From: Desulfatiglandales bacterium
GTDB taxonomy: Bacteria; Desulfobacterota; DSM-4660; Desulfatiglandales; HGW-15
NCBI GenBank assembly: GCA_963667015.2
Contig: CAXXJJ010000001.1
Span: forward strand, 2,176,001-2,240,000
Length of the DNA: 64,000 bases
Direction: 5' to 3'
Shown: piece by piece, positions 49,864 through 60,341 of the stretch
Layout of the letters: each line of letters opens with the position of its first letter
Position numbering within the stretch: the stretch's first letter is position 1
The notes under the pieces: model-generated
Seen by the model: only the letters and a program-made list of their open reading frames with translations
Databases searched by the model: none
Told to the model about the DNA's origin: nothing
Program-made: the position numbers and the translations under genes

Positions 49864-51840
49864 TTAACCCTGTTTCTGCAGCTTATCTATAATCTTATCC
49901 ACATCATAAATGCATCCTGCCCAGGTGCCTCCGCTGACATTCTGGAGTGCAGCCCAGAGGCGGGTATCCTCAGGTAATTTATCCGCTGCTCTCAGGTCTT
50001 TATGCAGTGACCGCGAGTTGAGCACTTCAACTGCCTTTAGAGGAGAATACCGTTCATCTTTCTCACCAACAAACTGAATACTGCCAATAAGATTTTTCTG
50101 ATCAATGATTATCTCTATCAGATCGCCATCCCGGAGTTTACCGACCGGACCGCCTGCCAGGGCCTCCGGACCCACATGGCCTATACAGGCCCCTGTTGAT
50201 ACACCAGAAAAACGCGCATCGGTAATCACTGGCACATGTTTTCCCCAGGGAATATATTTAAGCGCAGAGGTGAGTTGATAGGTCTCTTCCATGCCGGTTC
50301 CAATAGGGCCGCAGCCAATGAGAATGATTATGTCTCCCGGTTTTATGGGAAAATCACTTTGTCCTTTTATGGCCTTTATGGCATCTTCTTCCGATACGAA
50401 AACCCTCGCATTTGACGTATGGGAGTAAACCATGTTCTCATCAATAAGGTCCGGATCAATAGAGGTGGCCTTTATCACAGACCCCTGAGGCGCAATATTC
50501 CCGGAGGGAAAGACAACAGTGCTGGTCAGCCCGGCTTTTTTTGCAGAATCTGCATCCATTATAATTGAATCCGTATTCAAGGTATCCAGTTCATTCAGCC
50601 TTGCCTTTATTGCACTGCGTCTTTCACTGGCCTCCCACCATTCAAGATTTTCACCAAGTGTTTTTCCGGTTACTGTCATTACATCCAGATTAAGGAGCCC
50701 CATATTACGAAGATGAAGCATGACTTCCGGGACACCTCCGGCTGCATAGACATGAACAGTGGGAAAATTATTCGGTCCATTGGGTAATGCATCCACCAGT
50801 CTGGGAACCTGCTTATTGATTCGTGTCCAGTCTTTAAGCTCCGGAATCTTTAACCCGGCTTCGTGGGCTACAGCAGGAATATGGAGGAGCATGTTTGTCG
50901 ACCCCCCGAAGGCTGCAAAAACAAGCATGGCATTTTCAAGGGATTCCTGTGTCAAAATCCGGTTAAGTGGAATGTTTTTTAGGGAAAGATTGAGCAGTGC
51001 CCTGGCTGAGCGACGGGCCATATCCAGCCATACTTCTTCACCCGATGGGCAGAGGGCGCTGTGAGGGAGCGCCATCCCGAAGGCCTCTGCAACCACCTGT
51101 GAGGAGGCGGCAGTACCAAGGAAGTGGCATCCGCCACCGGCCGAACCGCAGCTTCTGCAGCCCATTTCAGCCGCATAATCAATGTCAATCATATGATGAG
51201 CAAACCGGGCGCCGAGAGACTGTATCCTGGCAGTATCTTCTGCATCCTTTGCAGGCAGAGTAGAACCACCCGGGACTATGATGCCTGGAAGATCCCCTGT
51301 AGAAGCCAGGGCCATCATCATGGCCGGAAGCCCCTTGTCGCATGTGGCAACCCCCATTACGCCCTTTCTCCGGGGAAGTGAACGGATTAATCTTCGCATT
51401 ACAATGGCTGCATCATTGCGGTATGCAAGGCTGTCGAACATACCTTCCGTTCCCTGGGTCCGGCCGTCACAGGGGTCGCTGCAGTACATTGCGAATGGCA
51501 GCGTCCCGTTTTCTTTAAAAACCCTGGCAGCCTCCCTGACAAGTAAACCGATTTCCCAGTGACCAGTGTGATAACCCAGGGCAACCGGCTCACCATTATC
51601 CCCACGCAGACCGCCGGGTGTGCTGAGAATCAGGTATTGATCAAGATTAGTATCATCCGGGTTCCATCCCATACCCGCATTCTGGGTAAGGCCGAACAGG
51701 TCTCCGCTTGGGGCATTGAGAAGTATTTCCTCACTGAGAGGAAGTTTCCCATCCGGGCTCACTCCGTAAAGACGCATTGAGGAAATGGCTGATTCATCTC
51801 CCAGAATATCCGGGGTTAAGGGTATCTTTTCTGTATTCAT
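49864..51840 (-). CDS. YjhG/YagF-family D-xylonate dehydratase (IlvD/Edd family)
   Basis: SGDLFGLTQNAGMGW, GYHTGHWE, SDPCDGRTQG, TCDKGLP, TDARFSGVSTG. Confidence 0.9.
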   Translation of the reverse strand: MNTEKIPLTPDILGDESAISSMRLYGVSPDGKLPLSEEILLNAPSGDLFGLTQNAGMGWNPDDTNLDQYLILSTPGGLRGDNGEPVALGYHTGHWEIGLLVREAARVFKENGTLPFAMYCSDPCDGRTQGTEGMFDSLAYRNDAAIVMRRLIRSLPRRKGVMGVATCDKGLPAMMMALASTGDLPGIIVPGGSTLPAKDAEDTARIQSLGARFAHHMIDIDYAAEMGCRSCGSAGGGCHFLGTAASSQVVAEAFGMALPHSALCPSGEEVWLDMARRSARALLNLSLKNIPLNRILTQESLENAMLVFAAFGGSTNMLLHIPAVAHEAGLKIPELKDWTRINKQVPRLVDALPNGPNNFPTVHVYAAGGVPEVMLHLRNMGLLNLDVMTVTGKTLGENLEWWEASERRSAIKARLNELDTLNTDSIIMDADSAKKAGLTSTVVFPSGNIAPQGSVIKATSIDPDLIDENMVYSHTSNARVFVSEEDAIKAIKGQSDFPIKPGDIIILIGCGPIGTGMEETYQLTSALKYIPWGKHVPVITDARFSGVSTGACIGHVGPEALAGGPVGKLRDGDLIEIIIDQKNLIGSIQFVGEKDERYSPLKAVEVLNSRSLHKDLRAADKLPEDTRLWAALQNVSGGTWAGCIYDVDKIIDKLQKQG

Positions 51841-51863
51841 TATATTTTCCTGCAGGTTCAGGG

Positions 51864-53447
51864 TTACATATCTTTCTGTGTCCATTCTCCGTCAATTAAG
51901 CGCCACATTTTTCCGGTTGGGTTTTTATCCTGAAGCTCAACAGGGAGACGGTGCTGGCGTACATTGTCATAACAGTAAAGGGCTGCAAAACGAAGCATTG
52001 ATGCGGGCAGACCTACAGCTGTAAAACCCGGATGACCCGTGGCCGGATAGGGCCCCCCGTGATTCATTGCCGGGACCACTGCCACGCCTGTCGGGGCCTT
52101 GTCATTGATGAGTCTTCCGACCCTGGTTCTCAGTTCAGGCTCGAGAATATCATAATCTTCATCATCATTACCCTGCGAATGAGAGTAAATCGTCCCTGTT
52201 AAATTTCCTTCCATTACCGCCGCAATCTCTTTCATCTCTTTGACATCCTCCGCAACCACAATCAGGCTTGCTGTTCCAAAGGCCTCAGTCTGAAGTTCAT
52301 GGGGATGTTTTATAAATCTCTTTCCATCCACCCTCAGAAGGGTATTTTCCGCCATGCAGCTTTCCGATTCAACCCTGTTGCTGCCGGTGAGGACCTGAGC
52401 TCCGGCTGAAATCAAAATCTGAACAGCATCTATAATGTCATCCGCTCCGGTGAGTGAGAGCAATGTTCCCGGCGGGTTGCTGCTGAACATTTTCACAAGA
52501 ATCCTGATGAACTCTTCGGATGCCTCTCCCTTCTGAACAATTATTAATCCCGGATTGGTGCAGAACTGCCCGGCTCCCATGGCGCATGATCCGAAGAGCT
52601 CGGCCGCAATTTCACCGGAGCGTTCTTCAATGGCTCCGGGAAGGATAAACAGCGGGTTGACGCTTGACATCTCCAGGTAGATCGGTTTTCCGGCCCTGTC
52701 TGCAGCCTCTTTAAGCTTCAGTCCGGCCGATTTAGTGCCTGTAAAGGCGGAGGCCCCGATGTGCGGATGAGAGACCATTTTTAAGCCCAGTTCCGGCATG
52801 GTTCGGTAGATCATCTGAACCGTGGCAGGAGGCATGCCGGTTTCCTTTACTGCTTCAAAGGCCAGCCGGGCAAGTATCAGTGTTGTTCCGGGGTGCCCGG
52901 TATTTGCCTTGGCAATCACCGGGTTGCCGGCTGCAACAGCTGCCGCAAAGTCGCCTCCTGAAACGGAGTTGAATGCAAAGGGAAAATTGTTCGGGCCGAA
53001 GACTGAAACCGGACCATCCAGAGGTCCCATCATGCTGCGGATATTGACCCCCGCATCGATGGTTGCACGGCACCAGCTCAGGTCCCGAGCCGCCCTGGCC
53101 GCTTCGCGAAGCTGACCCGTGGTACGGGGGAGTTCAACATCTTTAAGCCTGGGTACCTTTGGAAGGGCTGTTTCAATATGGGCGGTCTCCACAAGCTCAT
53201 CAGAATGGGCTTCGATTTTGTCTGCAAAGAGTTCAAGGAATTGGGCCAGCCGTTCCCGGGGTATATTTCTTAATGAAACGGCGGCTTCTTTTCCCGCCTG
53301 AACAGCCTCAAGGATATCCTCTTCTCCGCATACCGGATAGTATTCAGGAAGCGACTGTTTAGTGGAAGGATTTACCCCGTTAAAATGACCGGCAGGGTTT
53401 TTCGGGCCACGCCACTCTCCGGCAATCAATACTTTCTGGTATTCCAT
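51864..53447 (-). CDS. Alpha-ketoglutaric semialdehyde dehydrogenase-type aldehyde dehydrogenase
   Basis: ELPRTTGQL, NFPFAF, YLEMSSVNP, GAGQFCTNPG, HGGPYPAT. Confidence 0.88.
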   Translation of the reverse strand: MEYQKVLIAGEWRGPKNPAGHFNGVNPSTKQSLPEYYPVCGEEDILEAVQAGKEAAVSLRNIPRERLAQFLELFADKIEAHSDELVETAHIETALPKVPRLKDVELPRTTGQLREAARAARDLSWCRATIDAGVNIRSMMGPLDGPVSVFGPNNFPFAFNSVSGGDFAAAVAAGNPVIAKANTGHPGTTLILARLAFEAVKETGMPPATVQMIYRTMPELGLKMVSHPHIGASAFTGTKSAGLKLKEAADRAGKPIYLEMSSVNPLFILPGAIEERSGEIAAELFGSCAMGAGQFCTNPGLIIVQKGEASEEFIRILVKMFSSNPPGTLLSLTGADDIIDAVQILISAGAQVLTGSNRVESESCMAENTLLRVDGKRFIKHPHELQTEAFGTASLIVVAEDVKEMKEIAAVMEGNLTGTIYSHSQGNDDEDYDILEPELRTRVGRLINDKAPTGVAVVPAMNHGGPYPATGHPGFTAVGLPASMLRFAALYCYDNVRQHRLPVELQDKNPTGKMWRLIDGEWTQKDM

Positions 53448-53473
53448 ATTTATCTCCTCAATCTTATCTTTTG

Positions 53474-54295
53474 TTATTGCTCTACACGGTTCTCCAGCAC
53501 AAGCCGGTCTATGGTTATGATAACCCTGTCTCCCACAGACAGTGAAAACTCTTCGTCAGGAATAATTCCGGTTCCGGTCAGCAGGAATGCACCAAAGGGA
53601 AAGGTCATCTCCATGGTCAGATAGGAAACCAGTTCTTCAAAGGAACGTTTTATCTGTGAAGTGTTTGTTTTACCCATGAAGATAATTTTACCTTCTCTTT
53701 CAATCTCCAATACAACAGGAAGGTTTTCCATCTGCTTAACATCAGCCAGGCAGATTCCCGGGCCCAGTGCGCAGGACCCGTCATACATTTTTGCCTGGGG
53801 CAGATAAAGGGGATTTTCTCCCTCGATATTTCTGGATGACACATCATTGCCAACGCAATAACCGAGAATTTCACCGCAGCTGTTGATAAAGAGGGCAAGC
53901 TCCGGTTCAGGTACATTCCAGCTGCTGTCCTTTCGAATGCGAATCGGCTCCATGGTTCCATTAACCCGCCATCCGATTGCCTTGAAAAAAAGTTCCGGGC
54001 GTTTGGCTTCATAGACCATGTCATAGACATTTTTAATATCTGTTTCAGCTTCACGTGCATCGCGGCTTCGTGCATAGGTCACACCGCAGGCCCATACTTC
54101 ATGGTCATATTCGATCGGGGGGAGAAGTTCTCCGGCTGCTTTTTCATCTGTTTTCATACGCAGCAGGGCGGCTTTAAATTCGTCCGCACTAAGACTCAGG
54201 GATTTTTTGATATCAAAATCGGATTCAAGAAAAAATCCATCAACTGCCCAGCGTGCTGAATCATTAATCCTGTGTTTTGTTAGAATCATTGCCAA
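53474..54295 (-). CDS. FAH-family protein, likely 2-keto-3-deoxyxylonate dehydratase
   Basis: EVWACGVTYARSR, RPELFFK, WNVPEPEL, GNDVSSRNIEGENPLYLPQAK. Confidence 0.85.
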   Translation of the reverse strand: MAMILTKHRINDSARWAVDGFFLESDFDIKKSLSLSADEFKAALLRMKTDEKAAGELLPPIEYDHEVWACGVTYARSRDAREAETDIKNVYDMVYEAKRPELFFKAIGWRVNGTMEPIRIRKDSSWNVPEPELALFINSCGEILGYCVGNDVSSRNIEGENPLYLPQAKMYDGSCALGPGICLADVKQMENLPVVLEIEREGKIIFMGKTNTSQIKRSFEELVSYLTMEMTFPFGAFLLTGTGIIPDEEFSLSVGDRVIITIDRLVLENRVEQ

Positions 54296-54569
54296 ATCTC
54301 CGGTGTGATTGAGTAAAATCCGGTTAATGTTCGGGGAAAAAATTTAACTTTAAGGAATTTCTTCAAATTTAAAACTTTATCCGGATAGTAAACTATTCTA
54401 TAGGCAAATAACAATAAATAATGTATGAAAGTATACAAAAAAGCATAAATATGCGGATATTACTTCGGTGCAGTTTCCCTGTATTCACAGGCTTAAATCA
54501 ATCTGCGGCATCAGTTGCAGAACAGACTGTTTTTTTCATTTTCATCATGACTTCTAACTGGAGGAAACA

Positions 54570-56177
54570 ATGACTCAGGCGGCAACAGAAGGACCTCAAA
54601 GCTTTTTTACCAAATCGATTGTGCTGGGACTCTCAGCGGTTTTTATTACCTACTTTCTGACTTTATGTATGACCCTCGGCCAGAGTGTTGCTTCACCTAG
54701 GATCGCTGCCGATCTGAACGGGATGGACCTGTTTTCATGGGCAATATCCCTCCCTGCCCTTGCAATGGCTCCTTCCACCCTGCTCTTTGGAAAGCTGTCC
54801 GACATGTACGGCCGCAAAATCATGCTGCTGATCTCCCTGTTTTTTCTCACTGCAGGATCAATACTGGCTGCTGTCAGCCCGACATTCGTATTTAACATCA
54901 TTGCCCGTGTGATCATCGGTCTGGGGCTGGGTGCCCTGGCAGCTCTCTGTTTCTCGGTTGTAGGAGATATGTTCTCTTCCCCAACCGAAAGGAGCAAATG
55001 GACCGGCCTGCTGAATATTTCTCCCCTTATCGCCAATTTCTCCGTTCCTGTACTGGTTGGAATTATCACCACCAATCTCTCCTGGCGCTACTTTTTCTGG
55101 GCCGTTGTTCCAATAGCCATAATCTGCGTAATACTTGTCATCATAGGGGTTCCCGGACGAACCGAACGTACAGACCATCAGATTGATTATGTCGGAGCAT
55201 TTATACTCACAGCTGCCTCATCTGCCATGATCCTGGGTGTTTCCTTCACAGACAGATATCCCTGGGTTTCCTTTTATGTCCTTGGGCTTCTTGTAATATC
55301 CATTATTTTATGGAGCCTGTTCATCATGGTAGAATTAAAGGCAAAGGAACCTGTTCTGGACCCCCAGGTTTTCAGAAACCGCACCTTTCTGACCGCTGCA
55401 GTAGCCACGTTCCTTTCATTTTTCGGGTTTATAGGCATCATGAATTATTACCCGCTTTTTGCTCAGGGGGTACAGGGGGCGAGTGCACAACTGAGTGGTG
55501 CAATGCTGACTCCATTTACCGGGTTCAGCGCTGTTACCGCAATTACTGCTGGTTTATTGATTGCCAAAACAAAGCGTTATAAATGGATGTTTATCATGAG
55601 TTATGCAGGTCTGACTACAGCTATGTTTATGCTCTTTTTCTTCAACCAGGCAACACCCCTGTGGATCGGAGTCGTTGTCATGATATTCGGTGGAGTCGGT
55701 GTGGGGTCCATACCCACTATAAATATCCTGGTTGTACAGTTTGCATTGCCTGTAAAATTCAGGGGAATATCAATAGCGGCTATCTTTTTCATTGTGGCGC
55801 TTGGTGGCGCAGCCGCTCCAGCCATACTGGGACCTGTAATGAATGTTACCTATGAAAAAAAGCTCCAGAGTCTGCTTCCCGAGGATCTCGAACTTAATAT
55901 CGATACTGCAACCCTGGATTCCATTGCCGATCCCCGTGTCCTGATGTCAAAGGAGGCCATGGACGAGCTTAAGAAGGCCTTTGATAAAAATGAAAATATC
56001 AACCCCGCGCTTTTTGATGACACAGTACAGGCAATCCGGACAGCACTTCAATCCGGTCTCAGTGTCCTCTTCCTGATGGGGGCCATTGCACTGTTAATCG
56101 CACTTCTGTTTATCATTACTATACCGGAGGTGCCCATAGAAAGCGGTCCCCCTGATGGAGAGCCGCAGAAGGAATAG
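54570..56177 (+). CDS. MFS transporter, DHA2/14-TMS type
   Basis: GKLSDMYGRK motif A; many TM helices. Confidence 0.9.
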   Translation: MTQAATEGPQSFFTKSIVLGLSAVFITYFLTLCMTLGQSVASPRIAADLNGMDLFSWAISLPALAMAPSTLLFGKLSDMYGRKIMLLISLFFLTAGSILAAVSPTFVFNIIARVIIGLGLGALAALCFSVVGDMFSSPTERSKWTGLLNISPLIANFSVPVLVGIITTNLSWRYFFWAVVPIAIICVILVIIGVPGRTERTDHQIDYVGAFILTAASSAMILGVSFTDRYPWVSFYVLGLLVISIILWSLFIMVELKAKEPVLDPQVFRNRTFLTAAVATFLSFFGFIGIMNYYPLFAQGVQGASAQLSGAMLTPFTGFSAVTAITAGLLIAKTKRYKWMFIMSYAGLTTAMFMLFFFNQATPLWIGVVVMIFGGVGVGSIPTINILVVQFALPVKFRGISIAAIFFIVALGGAAAPAILGPVMNVTYEKKLQSLLPEDLELNIDTATLDSIADPRVLMSKEAMDELKKAFDKNENINPALFDDTVQAIRTALQSGLSVLFLMGAIALLIALLFIITIPEVPIESGPPDGEPQKE

Positions 56178-56272
56178 ACATGATCACATGACCCGTCCAC
56201 AGTGAGTCATGTTTAAAAAGCAATACATAAACCGGCTGTTGCAGCCGGCTGAATTTATATAAGATAAAAAGG

Positions 56273-57595
56273 ATGACGAAAATGGTATCCCCGGATGAAC
56301 TGGAGAAATATCATGAAGAAAATCTGGAGCTGAAAACGCAGATTGAGGAACGGACCGGAAAAACAGTAGAGCAGCTTTATGCCGAAAGAGCAAAAAGAGT
56401 CAGGGATGTAATCGAGCTGAGGGAGCCCGACAGGGTTCCCTTTTTAGCCCTTATCGATACCCAGTCCCATTACGGATTACCTAATTCCGCCTCCTATTAC
56501 GATCCCCTCTCCCTTAAGCGGACCATGAGGAAAGTAACCATGGATCTGGAGCCTGATATAAGCGAGGCAGGTTTCCCCTTCTGCGGACCGGCCATGACCA
56601 CGCTGGATGTGAAAAACTGCGTCTGGCCGGGAGGTCCTGTACCGGAGAATTATGAATATCAGTTCATAGAAGGGGAATACATGAAGGCTGATGAATATGA
56701 CATGTTTTTAAATGATCCTTCGGGCTTCATGATCCGCTGCTATCTTCCCAGGGTATACGGGGCACTGATGCCCCTTTCAAAACTGCCTCCACTGGATGAC
56801 CTGCTGATGGGGTTTGAGGCGATGACCCCCTTTTTTACAAGTCCCGAATTTGTGGAAATGGCAAAACGCCTGGCTGAGGCAGGAAGACAGGTAGCTGAAT
56901 TTTATCAGATTGTCGGAGATGCACAGGGGGAAATTGCCCAGCTTGGATTTCCTCCCTTTGCCAGCTTTGCTCCAGGCGGTGTGGGCGGGGCGCCATTTGA
57001 TACCATTACAAGTTTCCTAAGGGGCATGAAGGGCTCGATGCTGGATATGTATCGTCAGCCTGAAAAACTTATAAAGGCCTGCGAGGTTATCCTTGAAAGA
57101 CGGATTGCGCGTTCGATTCCCGCTGATACCTCCCACAGGGATTATCCCCAGAAGATAGCCATGCCGCTATGGAGAGGAGACCCTAATTTTATGTCCGATG
57201 CACAGTTTAAAAAGTTTTACTGGCCGGGACTGAAAAAATCACTGCAGACCCACGTGGACCTGGGTTATGTCCCTGTGCCATTCTTTGAATCAAAGTTCGG
57301 CGACAGGCTGGAATGCATGCTGGAGCTGCCAAAGGGGAAAATACTGGCATCAACAGATGCCGAAGATGCTGAAAGGGCAAAGGATATCCTCGGGGGTCAT
57401 ACCGCCCTGCTGGTACGCTGCCCCAATTCCTCCAGGGTATGGCCTGTCAGCAAACTGGAGGCTTTCCTCAAGGACGTAATAGATAAATGCGGTAAGGGCG
57501 GCGGCCTTATACTCGCTGTCCTGATACCAAATAATGTGAAGATTGAAGAGGTTCAGGCTATGCTTGAATCAGTCAGGGAGTATGGCAGATATTAA
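56273..57595 (+). CDS. UroD-like (MtaA/CmuA superfamily) protein
   Basis: EPDRVP, EYMKADEY, APFD...LRGM, FMSDAQFKKFYWP, GKGGGLIL. Confidence 0.8.
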   Translation: MTKMVSPDELEKYHEENLELKTQIEERTGKTVEQLYAERAKRVRDVIELREPDRVPFLALIDTQSHYGLPNSASYYDPLSLKRTMRKVTMDLEPDISEAGFPFCGPAMTTLDVKNCVWPGGPVPENYEYQFIEGEYMKADEYDMFLNDPSGFMIRCYLPRVYGALMPLSKLPPLDDLLMGFEAMTPFFTSPEFVEMAKRLAEAGRQVAEFYQIVGDAQGEIAQLGFPPFASFAPGGVGGAPFDTITSFLRGMKGSMLDMYRQPEKLIKACEVILERRIARSIPADTSHRDYPQKIAMPLWRGDPNFMSDAQFKKFYWPGLKKSLQTHVDLGYVPVPFFESKFGDRLECMLELPKGKILASTDAEDAERAKDILGGHTALLVRCPNSSRVWPVSKLEAFLKDVIDKCGKGGGLILAVLIPNNVKIEEVQAMLESVREYGRY

Positions 57596-57616
57596 ATACT
57601 AATAGAGGAGTTGAAT

Positions 57617-58591
57617 ATGTTTAGAACAAATAGATTATTCCCCCTTTTTGTAATAATTGCTGTTTTTCTGATGATATCAGCAGTTACACAGAATACCTTT
57701 GCTGACAGTATTGATGACAACCTGGCCACCTCAAAGGTAACCAGCCCGCCTGTGGGTACAAAGGCAGGAGAGAGCCGGCGTACGGGAATGGACCCGGTTG
57801 ATGACCGTGTCGAACTCAGGGAGTACCTGTTTACCGATACAGGTGAGATGCTTCCCTATGCGGTGTTTGTCTCCTCAAAGGTTAAAAAGGGTGAAAAAGC
57901 CCCGCTTGTTTTGGCACTTCACGGTTTCAGCGGAAATCATGGCACCTTCATGCGCAGGCAGTGCGTGGAAGAGGCTGAAAAGAACGGCTATATAATGATA
58001 GGCGCCATGGGCTACAGCCCGACCGGGCCATTCGGCATGCAGATGCGTATGCCAGGCCCTCCCAAGGCAAAGATTGAAGCTCCCGGAGCCAAAACCGGTC
58101 CCTCATCAAAACCCAAGCCCAAAACCTTCATGTATATGGGGGGAGATGTTGGCGGTAAAAAGGAGAAGGACCCGGCAAAAGTAACCGAACTTAGCGAGAA
58201 GGACACCATGAATGTGCTTAAAATGGCCCTTCGGGAGTTCAACGTGGATAAAAACCGGATATACCTGATGGGTCATTCCATGGGCGGAGGCGGAGCACTG
58301 CACATGGGTGAAAAGTACGCCGATATCTGGGCCGCGGTTGCCGGAGTTGCCCCTGCAGCCATGGGTTTTGAATGGAGCCGCGACCAGAAACTCAAAAATG
58401 TGCCGCTGCTTATCATTGTCGGAGAAGATGATACGCTTGTCAAAGGATCAGAGCAGCTTGCCGATCAGCTCAAGGGCCTGGATTTTAAAGTAGAATATAA
58501 ATCACTGCCTGGACTGGATCACGGCGAAATCATCGGCGGCAGCATGCCTGATGTTTTTAATTTCTTCAACCGCCACACAAAGTCGGAATAG
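57617..58591 (+). CDS. Secreted alpha/beta hydrolase (esterase)
   Basis: LALHG, RIYLMGHSMGGGG, GEDD, DH. Confidence 0.85.
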   Translation: MFRTNRLFPLFVIIAVFLMISAVTQNTFADSIDDNLATSKVTSPPVGTKAGESRRTGMDPVDDRVELREYLFTDTGEMLPYAVFVSSKVKKGEKAPLVLALHGFSGNHGTFMRRQCVEEAEKNGYIMIGAMGYSPTGPFGMQMRMPGPPKAKIEAPGAKTGPSSKPKPKTFMYMGGDVGGKKEKDPAKVTELSEKDTMNVLKMALREFNVDKNRIYLMGHSMGGGGALHMGEKYADIWAAVAGVAPAAMGFEWSRDQKLKNVPLLIIVGEDDTLVKGSEQLADQLKGLDFKVEYKSLPGLDHGEIIGGSMPDVFNFFNRHTKSE

Positions 58592-58610
58592 GGGGGGAGA
58601 AGGATTTGCT

Positions 58611-60128
58611 ATGAATCGAATACTTTTCGCCATTTTAGCTGTTGCCCTTTTTTCTGCATCCATAACAGGGGCACAAAGACCTGAGACCGGTAAATCAGCA
58701 CGTTACTGCAATCCACTTCCCATGGTAAAAGCACCTGGAGGGTATGCCGCCGGTGATGTAACGGTCATCAGGGATGGCGGTAAATATTACATGTACTGTA
58801 CAGGCGGCGGCGCCTGGGTATCGGATGATATGCTGAAATGGTCATTTCACCCTGTCGAAGGAGTACCCATTGCCCCGGATGTGGTCAAGTATAATGGCAG
58901 TTACTATATGTGCGGAAATGACGGTCCCCTGTACAGGGCAGATAATCCCCTCGGACCATATACGAGCCTGGGTGAATGGAAAAACACACCGGATGTTGCA
59001 GGGGGCTGGAATGGCGCCTTTGATATGGATATCTATATTGATGATGATAATACACCATATCTTTACTATGCCGGGCGGGGAGTCAGCGGGATTTTTGCAG
59101 TAAAACTCGATCCGGACGATTTAACCAGGTTTTCAGGCCCTGTCAGGCACCTTATCAGGTTCAACAGCGACCATGTCTGGGAGCGTTATGGCGAGATGAA
59201 TGAATATAACGATGTCGCATGGGTCGAAGGCCCCTGGACCCATAAACATAAGGGGAAATACTATCTGCAGTATTCTGCCTCAGGCACACAGTGGAAGACA
59301 TATGCCGGAGGATACTACATTTCCGAATCTCCCATGGGACCATTCAGGTACGCATCAAACAATCCTCTCATGCGAAAAACAGAAGGCCTTGTTACCGGTA
59401 CAGCCCATGGAAGCATTGTTGAGGGGCCTGACGGTAATCTCTGGCAGTTCTACACGATTGTCCTTTCCAATCCTCCCGGAGGGAGAAGAATTGGCATGGA
59501 CCGTATCACCTTTGATACAGACGGCAACATGGCCGTAAAGATAACCGATACGCCGCAATGGGCCCCCGGGGTTGTCAGCGATCCGTCGAATGGCGACAGC
59601 GGATCAATACCGGTGACCATCAACAAGGTTCTGGCCATGAATGCCCTTTCAAAATTTTCTTCCGAACAGCCCGGAAGATTCGCAGCCTATGCTGTAGATA
59701 ACTCGAGCGGAACCTGGTGGGAGCCCCAGCCTTCGGATCAGTCCCCGACGCTGACGATTGAACTTTCTCCTGCCACCCGTTTTGATGTGGTCCAGCTGTT
59801 TACCATTGACGGGGTCCGGATAATGTTCAATGGAGGAAGAATGCGCTTCGGAAGGGCCTCCGGCACGCAGCAGCCCGAAGATGTCTATAAGTACAGGATC
59901 GAGGTATCAACGGACGGAAAAAAATTCTCTAATGCCCTTGATCAGACGAATAATAAGTTTGCAAGGGATACAATATTTGAGGATATTTCTCCGGTAAAGT
60001 GCCGTTTTGTCAGGCTGACATTGACCGAGTGGCCAAAAACTTCTCCTCTGGGAATAATCGAGTTCACTGTTTTCGGGAAATCTGCGGGTTCTCTGCCCGC
60101 AGAAGAGCCGATCCCTGTGACCGATTAA
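58611..60128 (+). CDS. Secreted GH43 glycosidase with C-terminal F5/8-like domain
   Basis: YCNPLP, IAPDV, FDMDIYIDDD, WVEGPW, GTAHGS. Confidence 0.88.
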   Translation: MNRILFAILAVALFSASITGAQRPETGKSARYCNPLPMVKAPGGYAAGDVTVIRDGGKYYMYCTGGGAWVSDDMLKWSFHPVEGVPIAPDVVKYNGSYYMCGNDGPLYRADNPLGPYTSLGEWKNTPDVAGGWNGAFDMDIYIDDDNTPYLYYAGRGVSGIFAVKLDPDDLTRFSGPVRHLIRFNSDHVWERYGEMNEYNDVAWVEGPWTHKHKGKYYLQYSASGTQWKTYAGGYYISESPMGPFRYASNNPLMRKTEGLVTGTAHGSIVEGPDGNLWQFYTIVLSNPPGGRRIGMDRITFDTDGNMAVKITDTPQWAPGVVSDPSNGDSGSIPVTINKVLAMNALSKFSSEQPGRFAAYAVDNSSGTWWEPQPSDQSPTLTIELSPATRFDVVQLFTIDGVRIMFNGGRMRFGRASGTQQPEDVYKYRIEVSTDGKKFSNALDQTNNKFARDTIFEDISPVKCRFVRLTLTEWPKTSPLGIIEFTVFGKSAGSLPAEEPIPVTD

Positions 60129-60173
60129 TCCGGGATATCAGGCAGCAGGGGAGGCAGCTTTATTAAATAGTGC

Positions 60174-60318
60174 CCATCCAAAAACTGTCGTTTTTGAATA
60201 GCCGCGGTCAGCTGTCAGCGTTCAGCTTTTGGCTAAATGCTTTTCTAGCAGAGCTTTAGCTGACGGCTGACAGCTGAATGCTGAAAGCTCCATCCGGATT
60301 TTTGTTATTTCTGGATGG
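60174..60318. repeat. Intergenic palindromic element built of GCTGA-N2 heptamers
   Basis: TCAGCTGTCAGC 60208-60219 / GCTGACAGCTGA 60266-60277; outer CCATCCA/TGGATGG. Confidence 0.7.
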
Positions 60319-60341
60319 AAACTAAATAATTTACAGGGAGC

